Source: Epiperipatus broadwayi
Lineage: Eukaryota; Animalia; Onychophora
Assembly (NCBI GenBank): GCA_028023455.1
Contig: JAQFVV010000001.1
Coordinates: 5,642,001-5,706,000, forward strand
Direction: 5' to 3'
DNA length: 64,000 bases
Below, piece after piece: positions 26,870-39,445 of this stretch. Below the pieces are notes generated by a model, which was given only the letters and a program-made list of their open reading frames with translations, was not told the DNA's origin and made no database searches. Position 1 is the stretch's first letter; each line of letters opens with the position of its first letter. Both the position numbers and the translations under genes were made by a program.

Positions 26870-27950
26870 CCAGTTTCACCAATCTCTAGCCTCTCTTCTC
26901 CACATCACTTCAGCACACTTTCTTATTTCATCCATTCATCTCACATGTGGTCTCTTTATAGGTCTTTTACAATCTCTTGAAATCCAGATTAAGATTCCAA
27001 TTGTCCATCTACTATCAACTCTTCCTGCAATATGACCAGCTCAGATCTACTTCAGTCTCTTAATTCTTTCAATGTTGTCAACAACATTTATTTTATTCAT
27101 ATATTTCGTTTTGATCCCTTCTTGTTGCTCCTGACATACATCTTTCCACAGTTCATTAAGTAGTCTGAGATTTGTGTATTGATCTTCTATTAATTGTCCA
27201 TGTCTCAAATGCATAAATAAGAAGAACTGGTAAAACATATTCATAAAAAAACCTTCCTTTTCAAACACATAGGCATATTTCCTTTTAATGTTATTTCTAC
27301 CAAAAGCACTCCATCCAAGTTTAATCCTATGACTAATTTCATCCATTATGTTTCCATCTATATTAATAATCTGACCAAGGTATTTGTAGGTATTAACTTC
27401 TTCTAAGTCATTATTATCAATCTTTATTTTCTTCTTTTAAATTAATCCATTGAACATTATTTTAGACTTTTTAGCATTTGCCTTATAGTCTTATTTTCTT
27501 ACTTTCATCTGATAACTCTTGCTACATTTCATGAAGCTTTAAAGCATTATTTGTGAAAAAAATTACATCTGCAAAATCTAGTGATTTAAATAATCCCATT
27601 CACATTTACTATGTTAGCTTTCCATTTTAATTAACAAAATACTTCTTGCAAAACTGTAATAAAAAGTTTTGGAGAAATAGAGTTATGCTGTTGAACACCC
27701 TTCTAAATGTTAATCTTCTTAGTAATCTAATCATTACTATTGTATTTTGATAAATATTCTTCAGCATATAATAATATCCTGGCTCTATATCTTGATGATC
27801 CAATGCTTTAATTATTGAAGAAGCACAATCTACAAATTCAAAACATAAAGGCAAATTATATTCATTGGTCCTTTTTATAACTTCTCTCAATACATGGATG
27901 TAATCCATTGCGCTAAAACCAATTTTAAATCCAGAGTTGTTCATGTATTA
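26870..27950 (-). mobile_element. RTE-clade LINE, 5'-truncated, degenerate
   Basis: ORF fragments GFKIGFSAMDYIHVLREVIKRTNEYNLPLCFEFVD and EISHRIKLGWSAFGRN, a broken HLDFADD at ~27570-27590, and an RTE-type 3' end. Confidence 0.85.
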
Positions 27951-28095
27951 ACAAAATTATATATAATGATTAACAATATTTTTTTATACAATATATTATC
28001 ACTATTTTAAATATTCAAATATATGTAACATAAACCAATTCTGAAGATCTTCACATTATAATGGAAAGAATAACTATTTGTGTCCCTATTTGATA

Positions 28096-28290
28096 CCAAA
28101 ATGTAATGGAACTAGTGAGAGATCACTATGTAAATCCCTGTTTGGGAAGCCAAAATGTAATGGAATTGGTAGGAGACTGCTGTAAATGATTTAATTGTAA
28201 CACTGTTCAGGCATCAAAATGTAATGGAACATATGGAGGCTTTATATGAATAATATATTATATTGGATTATTCAACAAAATGTAAAAGAA
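28096..28290. repeat. Short degenerate tandem array with conserved CAAAATGTAATGGAA motif
   Basis: Motif at 28097, 28151 and 28215, with a decayed copy at 28276 (spacing 54, 64 and 61 bp). The intervening sequences are partly similar to each other. Confidence 0.8.
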
Positions 28291-30530
28291 TGATTAGAAT
28301 TTTTATTTATATCTTTATTCTCTAAAGTCAATTTGTAATAGAGTAACCTAACTAATATGAATCATTTACCATTTAATTAAATTTCAAATGAGACAGTATT
28401 TTCCTACACTATCAACTATAATGGTCTAATATCATTATGTTTTACTTGCAAGTTATTTAATACTAGAATGTAGGATTAATAACCATGTCATTTTTGTTCA
28501 GGCACCAGTAAGTAAAATTATAAAATGATAATAATCATAACCCTTTTTGTTATAATATACTACAGATATAATTAATCAATAATTTATATTAGCACATAAG
28601 ATCTAATATTAAGTACCTTATTATAAAATTGTGAAAGTATTTTTTTAAAAAATAATATAAGAGGAGGAATAAGTTAATTTATCCAACCACAAAAAATCTT
28701 AGATAACATAAAATTAACAAATATTGTTTTAACGGGAATACTAAGATGACTCTCTTTTAAAAAGCATAAATAATCTAAATTAATAACTAACAAGTTACAT
28801 ATACATCTAAATTTTACTATAAAAAAAAGTGGATTAGTATTATTACTCTTTTCCTCATTTATGTTTTTAAATCTAGTTATAATCTTAATTTCATTTTTTA
28901 AATAAAATTTATCATAAAGTGTTAATATGGTGAGAAATTTATTGTCTAAACATGCTTGATCTTTACCCATTCTTGATACATTTTTTTATTTATAAAATTA
29001 CCTCCATTCCCATAGGCAATTATCTTGTCTAAGTGATGGATCATTAGTAAACATTCAAAATGTTTTTTAATATTACAAATATAAATGAAATAATGAATGT
29101 TTATATATATATTTATCTGATTAGTCATTTAAATATAAATTAAAAATTATATGAAGTATACATATGGATTATAAAGATCTCCATGCTATTTTATGAAGAA
29201 ATGCACATTCTATATCTATATAATTATTTTTAATGAGCCAAATAAAACATGGTATTACTGTATAGAGAGAGTTGTTACTGATTTTTAATAAGCATATAAT
29301 TAATTTTTCAGTTTATCAAATATGCACAATGTTAAAAATATAAATCTATTCATTGAACAAACAAGTCCAAATGCATTAGTAAGATAATTCACAAACAAAA
29401 TTCCCAAAGAATCAATTTAGAAGAACTTAAAAATAAAATTTTCTCAGTGCCTTTACATCGTATTGTAGAAATACATATTTTACTTCTCTGCAATAAATAT
29501 GTTAAAATAACATCTCTAAATATAACTAATTTATTTGATAAGGTGTTTATATTCCTATGATGAAATTGCCTATATTTTAACTAATTAAATGCAGCAGTGA
29601 TAGATTGAAGCATGTACCATACCTCAACATTCAAGACTATTATTCTATCTAAAAAAATCTTCTAAGATATTTAAGTTACTTCATATTCTCAGGATGATAA
29701 CCATGGATCCAAGTCAAATGTTGTTGAAATTTTTTCTCCCATCACTATTTATGTAATACTAACTTTTTACATTCCAACTCTCAATTATAACATAATTTAT
29801 AAGATGCCATTTGTTTTAAATAGGTATGTGTTGGAGTTTCTAAAGAAAAAAAGAAGTCTTTTGTTAGTATTGATATAATAAAACTATTCAATAAAGAAGA
29901 AAAGTTTTTTTTTAAAAAAAAAGTTTTCTGAATAAGAGCTTTTGCAAATTAATCCTCTTTTCAAGAAATCTTATAGACATTTACTTGTTCAACAATATTT
30001 CCTTACTCAGCAGGATGCATTTCAAATAGAGAAGCTACATTAATCTTAAATTTTAATAATTTTTTAAATACACTTTGTTATCCTACATTCAGACTTTTAT
30101 AAATCCATATTAAGGCAATGCTCTTATATTCCATACATCTATATTTACAAAATATTGAAATATTTATATTTTTTTACCACTACTATCTCCTATTCTTCCT
30201 CCATTACTGATATCATAACAACAGTATGACTTTCTCATATCCTTATTCATTGATTACTAATGCTTACCATATAGGTAGTTTTAGAACAGGATGATGATAG
30301 TGCCACTCATATTACTAATTATTTCTAATGCTTGAATGTATCATTTACTAGGCACTTCAATCTAGCTGAATTTTGTAAAGTATTTTTATTTATGCATTGA
30401 AAACTTTGTTTAACTTTTACTACCCTTTGCTACTTTATGGAAGAAAAAATTATTCATAATTTAAAATAAATAATTTTTAATGTAATATTACCAAAATCAC
30501 CCTTTCCTTTATTTTATTTGTTCATTATAT

Positions 30531-30575
30531 TATAACTCTGAAGAAGACTGCAGGACAGTTGAAATGTAGGTGTAT
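30531..30575 (+). ncRNA. Candidate minimal hammerhead ribozyme (CUGAAGA variant), probably decayed
   Basis: AUAACU-CUGAAGA-A-GACUG-CAGGA-CAGUU-GAAA-U-GUA^-GGUGUAU. 5-bp stem II, loopless stem III (AUGU, possibly a CpG-decayed ACGU) and a weak stem I. AATAAA ~20 nt downstream. Confidence 0.45.
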
Positions 30576-31128
30576 GTGTAATATATGTACAATAAAAAGT
30601 TTTTTGCTAAAAAGTGTACGAAAGTGGTTTGGATAAATTGGATTTATATATATAATTTTTAAGGTAGTTTTTTTAATTAAAAAGTAAAATTAAAATTTTA
30701 TCTAGTGTCAAGATAATTGCAAAATAATAATTTTAAACTATTAATGATAAGAACAGTCATTTATTTGGGTTAATTTGCAATAATATTTGACATCAACTCA
30801 GATACAATAAAATTTTACAGTGTTTTAAAACTTTAGTTCAAAAACAATTTCTCTAATTCATTTTAGAAGAATTTATGCTACTTTTTATTCTAAATACTAA
30901 TATTAAGTCTGGCTGAAAATCATAAAGTGAACTTTTTTTATATTTAAATAAAATAAAAACTTAATTAAAAAAGAATTACAAATGTAATAAAAATTTAATG
31001 TATAAATTATTTTAAATAATGCAGTACTTTTTGCTTTAAAAAACATTACTGCTATATCTAAAACAATTTGGATAAATTTGCTTGTTTTCATAAAAAATTT
31101 ACTTTTATTTTATATATAATAAACTCAC

Positions 31129-31356
31129 CTGCTATAAACCAAACCAGACTAAAGGCCTTTAGGATTATTAGAGTACAGTCAAGTCTTGTTTTCAAAGATT
31201 GCGCTGGAGCACTAAGAGGTGTATTATCATCTTCACTCTTCAACCTCTGACGTTCAAATAAACTGAGTAATACATTGAGACCTCCAGCAACTCCGGATAC
31301 AATCAAAAATATAGGAATCATAGGTTCTGCAGGACAATCATCTTTATAAAGAGCTC
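31129..31356 (-). CDS. TMEM272: TMEM272-like membrane protein, internal coding exon (228 nt, phase 1-1)
   Basis: Acceptor TTTCATTAG| at 31357-31358 and donor |GTGAGT at 31128. Reads (G)ALYKDDCPAEPMIPIFLIVSGVAGGLNVLLSLFERQRLKSEDDNTPLSAPAQSLKTRLDCTLIILKAFSLVWFIA(G). The CP.EP.IPI.LIV.G and WFIAG motifs are typical of the family. Confidence 0.88.
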
Positions 31357-34300
31357 CTAATGAAATAAATCATTCTTTTAATATTTATTTAAATTAATAT
31401 GTTTGAATCATTAAACTTCATATAAATAAATAGATAGGTTTGAAAAACAAAAATGGGAAGTGGGTAAAATTGATTGAATAATCTATTTGTCAAAAGATTA
31501 TTTAAAAAGATTACACATTCATTCCTTATTATTATGCATATTTTTCATTTAATCTATTTTAGTTAACTAAATCCAAATAAACTACAACAAAAATATAACT
31601 ATTTGATTGTATAATAGTCAATCTTTCACTAAATAAGTGGGAGATAAATAAAATACCTCCAACTACCCCTTAATAACCAGAGTCTTTCAACATGATTATT
31701 TCTTCTGACGCAACTTTTTATAAATCTCTAATGCAATTTTTTTTATATAATTATATAAAAAAATTAGCATTAGTGTATATGTTGTGGAGATTTATGAAAA
31801 GTAGTATATATTTATGAATATATAAAGGAATGCAAAAAAAGTAAAGGAGAAGATATAAAAATAACACTCTGCAACTTCATTATTAATAATGGAAATTTTA
31901 ATGACATCCACATAGCATTTGATTAAATAGTTGCACTTATGTAAGTATACAAACTAAATAAATGTTTGAAAATGGTTATTTATAATCAAAACAAATATAA
32001 GTATATTTTGTCTATAAATTATTCTAGAAGTTTCTAATAAAAGTATAAAATTAATTTATTTAATTTTTATATACTATACATGTAAATTTGAAAAATATAA
32101 GCAATCTTCCCCTAGTGAAAACTACAATTAAACATACTGCTAGAAAATATGATAATGGATGGATAGTTAAAGTTTTAAACTGAATTCCAAGAGATTGTAA
32201 AAAAAAAAACCTAGGAAAAGATCACGTGATAAATGAATGTAATGTGAAAGTCTGCTGGTCTTGATGTGGAAAAGAGAAGACAGGGATCAAAATGACTGGA
32301 TTAAATTTGGAAAGACCTTCATCCTGCCAGTCTTTCTTAATGTTTATTTTAATTAACTTTCTATTTTGTTGGCTCATGGCTAAAATATATATACATAGCA
32401 AAATAAAAAAGTAAAAAAAAAATAATAATTTGACTGCTAAAAAAAATCAGAAATTTTTTACTGGAGGAATTTTTTTTCTTCTACTTTTTAGTTTTTGAGG
32501 TGCCACTCTACATTACAGTGCTAACACAGAGTAATATAGTTTTTGAAAAATGCATTTCAAACTCCAAATTCATTTAATATGGACTTGTTAGCCTTTAAAG
32601 TTCCCAAGACTTGAAACAAAAGTATTTGATTATATAATTTTTTATTACAACATCCATCCATTATAATATATATTGAATAGAAATATTTTATTTCAGGCTC
32701 ACATTCTAAAGCAAAATTATCCATTCAACATAATCATTTAAACAAAAATAAATAATACAAAGTCAAAAATGTAGATGTAAAAGAATCTTATACATATAAA
32801 AAACATATGCAATTTTCTTTAATGTTTACATTAGTTAGCTTTCTCATTCTATTTTGTCAGTTCATGGCTAAATTATATACATAGTAGAATAAATAATTAA
32901 AAAAATAACTTCACTGTTAAAATGACAAATAAGTAGATAATTGAATTAAAAATGATAAACTTTACAAACCCAAACAAAGATAATATATGGTACTAAATGA
33001 AGCAGAAAGACTCTAAAATGTTATAAATACACACACTATTTTGGCCAGTAATATTACACTACATTACTTACAGCATTTCCATTCAATAATAAAATTTTGA
33101 TTTTTTAAAAATAAAAAGTGTGTACTATTGCTTTTTTTCATTATAGAATCATTTATTGTAATAAATCCCACTGCATATACATTATTTAATTTTTCAAATA
33201 AAAAATAATAATTAAAAATTAAAAAAAATATTGCCAAAAACAAACAAACTACATAATACATAATGAATTAAGTCAATAACTATTTTAATAAAAATATTTC
33301 AGTTATTAAAAAAAAGTTAAAACACTGAACAAATATTTAAAAAAATAACAATGATAAAATAGTATTACAGGAATGTAAAATAGTAATATGCAATAATAAT
33401 TAAAAAAAAAAAGCAACAACAAAATTAAAATTTGGGTAGTTGTATTATAAATATTAAACAGCAATTATGTTAAAATTAAAAATGATTCTAAAAATTATTC
33501 ACAATTTAATGATATAGTAAATTATAATTTTAACAATAATCAGAAAAAATTATATCACCTGCATTTATACTCAGTGGATTATTTTTTAAAACTAAAAAAA
33601 ATAACATTGGCAGATTTTTTTTTTGAAAAATGATACTCTCATGTTTTTTTTTTCCAACAATGCTTAAACCCATAATTTTATTCCATTGACATTGGCCACT
33701 ATATTCTTAAAACAGTAAAATTGACCTCTAGTATTTCATTTATTGATAATTATAAGAATGTTTTACATTTTTAAAATGAAATCTAAATTGCCAAAAATTT
33801 GATGAATTGATAATTATCAGATAATTGAATTTTTTGATAAAAATAACTTCTACAATTTTGAATATATAAAATTATATACACTGTAAGGAGAAAAAAAAAA
33901 AGAATAATCCACCTTTGATAGGTTTTGGTATATGAATACACAAACTGTTTTGTTAATCAGTAAGAATGACTTAATCCACATATTAAAGATAATGACTACA
34001 AAGATTTAAAGATATAAAATGTTAAATTTTTCATAAGCCATTCAATGCATGTCTTGAACCTTAATGAGAAGCAAAACTGATTCATATAATAAAAAACTGC
34101 TCTCTGCTTCCACACTCTATAAACATTTCTTTGTAGTACTGAGTAATCAATGGTCACAAAATGATGGTCTGTATTTCTATAATAAATTTCTAATAATTGG
34201 TCTTCTTCAACTGCAAGAGTCTCAAATAAACTTGTAATTGTTTGATCTTGAAAGTTAAAATATCAACAAAAGCATTACAAATTTTATTTTAATTTTATAA

Positions 34301-35419
34301 ACATTAGCTCTATGCTCAAGCTCTGAAATCAGATAAAAATAGTAGGTTTGGAGGTAAAATAAAATTCATTGATCATTATTAAAATCTATTTTAAATCCTA
34401 TTTCATTCTCTCTCATACTAAAATATTTATACTATCAGAAACTTAATTACTTTGTCACAATATAATGGTCATCACATCAGTGTAACTGAGAAAATCTGAT
34501 GTAGTTTGTATAATACCTGACACACAACCTGACATAATCTGAAATATTAAAGCAAAACCAGACAATTATTTCTTAAATAATTTTAAATAACTTTGAATTA
34601 ATTTTACTCATAAATTAATTTCATTCCCTTTTTTATTTTTTATTATAACATACTCTTAATCTGCTTATATAATATACTTCAAAATCTATTTATATTCAAA
34701 TTTTTAATACTTTTTTATTATACAATAATGCATATTAGTCTTACTATTATTAATATATGTTCAATAATAGATTTCTTTATAAAAATATCTTTAATACCAA
34801 ATATATATTTTAGGTAAATATAACATAATCAATTATGTAATTAAGACATAACAAAATTATATTTTATAATAGTATGAATGTTTGTATTTAAGCACTTTCT
34901 AGTATCTAATTATTTAACTAAGTTATAAATGTTATTTGGGTATTATATTAAATCTTATACTTAGTTAAATGGCCATAGAAAGGAGTTTTCTGTTAATTAA
35001 AAGGGGATCCTTTGATTAATTCTTTGAGGTCTTAAAAAATCCAAGCTTGACAAAGTCTTAATGTTCACTCCAATATAATCTTGTAATTGCAGCTGTTATT
35101 ATTATATGATCATTCATACAGTAAGCTAACTCTAAAGGTTTGCTTAAGAACATGTATCACCCAGGATGGTGCATATATTGCCTTTTTTACTTTTGAGTTT
35201 AAAATTAAAAAATATCAAGATCTCTCTATTCAGTTATTTGGCAGTTCATAACAGAAATATCAAAATCGAATTTTCTTGGCTATGCAAAGGGAATTTTTAT
35301 TTTACAGATATTTACAATCATATATACAATATCAATCATGTAGACAAATCTAAATTATGGTCTTTATTCCTAGAAGGCTGTAAAATTTCCATCAAAAAAA
35401 TGGTTGGTGATTGAAGATG

Positions 35420-38400
35420 GCCAATGCTAAAAATTCTTTTATAGTGAACAAAGCTTGCTACTTAGCAATGTCCTTTTATTTAAATACCTATAATTACAGA
35501 TCACTTTCAAATGAAAGAACATTGCATGAACTGAAAGAATTGACCAATATTAAATGGGACATGGTTGGACTTTGTAAAATGAGAACAAAAAATAAAGAGA
35601 TAATATATTTAAAAAGTGGACATGTACTTTATTACAAAGGTATAAATATTAGAAGCACAAGTATAAATAAAGAGTATAAAAACAATGTTGTGGGGATTGA
35701 TGTTATATCAGACAGAGTAGCAAGTTTCATTATTCAAATTAATGGAAAATCCCAAATGCAGATAAATTAGATTTGTGCTCCAACAAGTTCTCATTGTGAT
35801 GAAGAACGAGAATTTTTATATGGATATAATGGTATTTAAACATGAATTCTAATCCAAGAATTGATGATAAGAATACTGAAGAGCTTGATTAGCTTATAAA
35901 TCTTGCTGACATGTTGGCCAACCACCAGTAACATTTCTTGCTCATCATTGTTCATTCAGTCATATACATTTACCATAACTATATACATATAACTGCATAT
36001 AAATTTTGAATATTATTTAAAAGACTTGAGTTCACTGGGTATTTTTCATCTACTTTGGACTGGTACAATTGACCAAGATTCATTAAAGTGCCACTTCTTA
36101 ACTTCTTTGAGGAATAACCACAAACCCAGGTTCAAATTTCCATGATAATCATCTCATTAGACATCCAGCAGTAACTTGCAGATACATAAGATTTAAATAT
36201 GATGTTACACAATTTAACTATTTAATTTAAATCTCTTATCGAATTGAAGAAAATATAAGAATAGGAAGCTAAAAGTCCCAGTGTTTACTCTGCTAATCAG
36301 ACATGTTCTGATCTAAATTATCTCAGCCAATTTATAACTAGTCACTGTTTTTCAAAAAATGTTTTTTTTAATCCCAAGCTGTCTACATACAAACTTAATT
36401 AATCAATCAAACAAGAAAGAGGTTGGAAAAAAAAGGGAAAGAAAATGCATTTCTTTTAAAAATTTGAATTCATTTTGAAAACAAATTGTATTTAATTTTA
36501 ATGATTTGATAATTCTGTTTAATATTTAATTTTAGTAATACTGCTTTTTTTTTTTTTTTTCACCACAAGAAAATTTCAATTCATTTTATTTTCTCTTGAA
36601 TACAATTATAATAAGTTTTTTTTTAACAAAGAGAAATAAAATATCTAGAAGAGAAAACACAGACACATTCTATTGTGATGACCTAAATTCAATTTACTCT
36701 CTTTTAAACCTCACTTTATACATCAATAGTATTACATTTTTAGTTACTTATAAAAGGCTACAATATGGATGTACAAAGCTTTTGGCTAGGCCAAACAACA
36801 TTTAATAATTGTCATAGGAGACTAAATACTAGAATAGGTAAACGATTGAAAGATGAAAGTGCCGTGGTTTGGTTATGTTTGTAGAAATGTAAGAGAATAC
36901 AGACTTGTAGAGTTTGCAGAAATTCTTTGAGAAAAATGCTAAATGGAAAGGGAAAAAAATCTGAATAGCAGTACAACAGAAATGGTTTACATTATGACTA
37001 AAAGAAAATACTTATTATAAGATTATAATGTTCTTAATAAATTCAACACAGAAAGTCATCATCGATTGCTAAGATGTAGGATATGTGTTAATGCAAAACT
37101 AAAGAGAGAAAAATTATTAAAAAAAAAAGTATTAATAGTTGATATTTCTAACCTTCACAAACATTTCAATGAATTTAAATTAGAATTTTGCAAATAATTT
37201 TAAAATATTAACAGACTTTGAAGATGTTTCAGATTTGAATAAAATCACTAAAAGATAATGGATACACTATTAAAAACTGCAACAAATATAGCTGATTCAA
37301 CAAAGCAGCAATTTATCACTAAATTTTATATTGAGATAAGACAATGAATGTATGAAGGAAAGAAAAAATATAATTTTTTTTTTTTAAATTATCCATTAAA
37401 AAGGATTTGAATATCTAGAGTTTTGTAAAATGATAAGGGAAGGTATATAACAGAATAAAAGTTTCAAAAGTGTAATCTTGATATTAGAAGAAAAATTATT
37501 TCTGCAATAAGAAGAAAAGATGGAACTATTATGAAAAAGAGAGATAATATCATAAAATGTATGAAAATTCTAGAATAGCATAGTTATAAAAAACAAGAAA
37601 ACAAAGTATATCTATGGTTTTTATATCTTTTGAATTGCCCAGCATTTTAAATGAAAAAGTAAGACATGCAATTAGATCTATAAAAAAAGGAGAAACTTCA
37701 GGAAATGATAGAATTATAATAAATATCTTGCAAGAAAGAACTGAAAAAATAGAAAAATTGTTAGGAAGGATATATACCAAATATATAAATGATAAAAATG
37801 TACCAGAAGACTGAAAAATACAATAAGAATATTGACATTTAAGACAAGTGACAAAAAAAATATTAGAAATTACAGACTTATCAGTCTTCTAAAATTTCAA
37901 CACAAAATGTTTAACTCACCTACAGAAAACATTGGACTTTACTCCCTTAAAAAACAAACTGGATTTAAAAGTGGTTTTAACATAGTGGATCACATGAATT
38001 CCCATTATGTTTTGGATTTTCAGATTATGAAAAGATATTTGATTCTGTAAGCATTCTATAGTAATTAAAGCATTGAATCATCAAGATAAAGACTAGAATA
38101 CTAACATATTCTGAAGATATATGCAACAGCAATGATTAGATTACGTGGAGAAACTAAAATTAACATTGAGAAAGATGTATGGCAGGATGATTCCACATGT
38201 CCAAAACTTTTAACAGCTTTTATGGATTAAAATGGGAAATTAAGGGAGTAAAAGAAAATGGAGATTTTTAAGTCATTTACATTTTGCAGATTATGTCATT
38301 GTTTTTGTAGTCAATAATGCTTCAGGACTTCAGGAAATATTGCCAGAGTTACCTGATGAAAATAAAAAAAGTAGAATTAAAGAAAACTACTAAAAAGATC

Positions 38401-39160
38401 TAATGCAATGTTCAATGGATTTTTTTCAATTAATCATGAATTAAAAGAAATTAACAACAACAAATACATTGACCACGTTATTAATATAGATGGAAATATA
38501 ATGGATAAAATTAATCATACAATTAGGTGCTTCGATAGAAATAACTTAATATAAAATTAAATATGTCTGTATTTAAAGGAAAGATTTTTTTTAATAGATG
38601 AGTTTTACAACTTCTTATTTATGATTATATTTTTATATATGATTATTTCCATCATCTAATATGTGTATTGAATGTATTTGGAATATTTAAATAAAGTTAA
38701 ATTTTTCCATAATCCAATATAAAAATACAACTAGAACACCATCATCACAAACCTTCAGGAAAACACTTCTTATTTATGAATCTGAAACTTAGATATTTAA
38801 CAGAAAAACAATAGAGATGTTAAACTGTTCAATGATGGGTTATGTTACGAATAACAAGAAGAGCTCAAAAATTAAATATATGAGTAAGAAAACAAACATG
38901 CAGGACTGACACCATTAAAATAATTAACAAAATAAAATAAGTGTGGGTTGTACATATTGTTAGAAGGAATTGTGATATATAAATAGTTGAAGTCTTAAAT
39001 TGTAAAAGACCTAGAAAAAGATCACATGTGAGATGGATGGATAGATGAAATAATTAAATTTGCTGGTGTATTGCAAAGAAGAAAACCTAAGGATCAGAGA
39101 AACTGAATTAAACTTGGAGAGACCTTTATCCAGCAGGAGTGTAAAAATGGTTGAAAATGA
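35420..39160 (+). mobile_element. Near full-length degenerate RTE-clade LINE (APE + RT) with internal insertions
   Basis: APE N-terminus (TYNYRSLS…L.EL.NIKWDMVGLC) at 35411-35770 continues after a ~1-kb interruption as IGD*N.RIG at ~36815. RT fragments at 37614-38050, QDDS.CPK at ~38185, HFADY at ~38280, and an RTE 3' end at ~39130-39160. Confidence 0.85.
38625..38765. mobile_element. 141-bp insertion in the RTE flanked by a 15-bp TSD
   Basis: ACTTCTTATTTATGA at 38610-38624 and 38766-38780. Removing the insert restores the RTE reading VLQLLIYESET. The insert is homologous to the foldback at ~45980-46260. Confidence 0.85.
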
Positions 39161-39445
39161 TTTTAGTTAAGTATATGAGCTAATAGAAAGTGCTTTAATA
39201 TCCTCAATCATAATATAGGTGACATGATTGTTTTTATTAATTCAATTTATTAAGAATGCTTAACATTTGTCCATTTTATCTATATTATATTGGAAGCAAA
39301 ATTATCTCTATTTCCAAATGATAGAATATACTTGCAAATGAAAATATTCAAGTCAATAATTTATTACTACTTACAAACAAAAACATATTCTTGGATCTTT
39401 ATAAAATTAAACTAAAGCTGTAATCTTATTTTCTATAAGTGATAT

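Noticed and set aside
28096-28290. CRISPR-like repeat-spacer appearance
   Set aside because: Repeats are only 15 bp and few, the spacers resemble each other and vary in length, there are no cas genes, and the context is eukaryotic.
32361-32920. ~80-bp direct repeat (32361-32440 vs ~32846-32920) as mini-LTRs
   Set aside because: Diverged, with no TG…CA ends, PBS/PPT or TSD; treated as an old local duplication.
33990-34246. ~85-codon minus-strand open frame (DQTITSLFETLAVEEDQLLEIYY…) after an AG
   Set aside because: No start, no good donor and no recognisable family; a few frames of this length are expected by chance in 64 kb.
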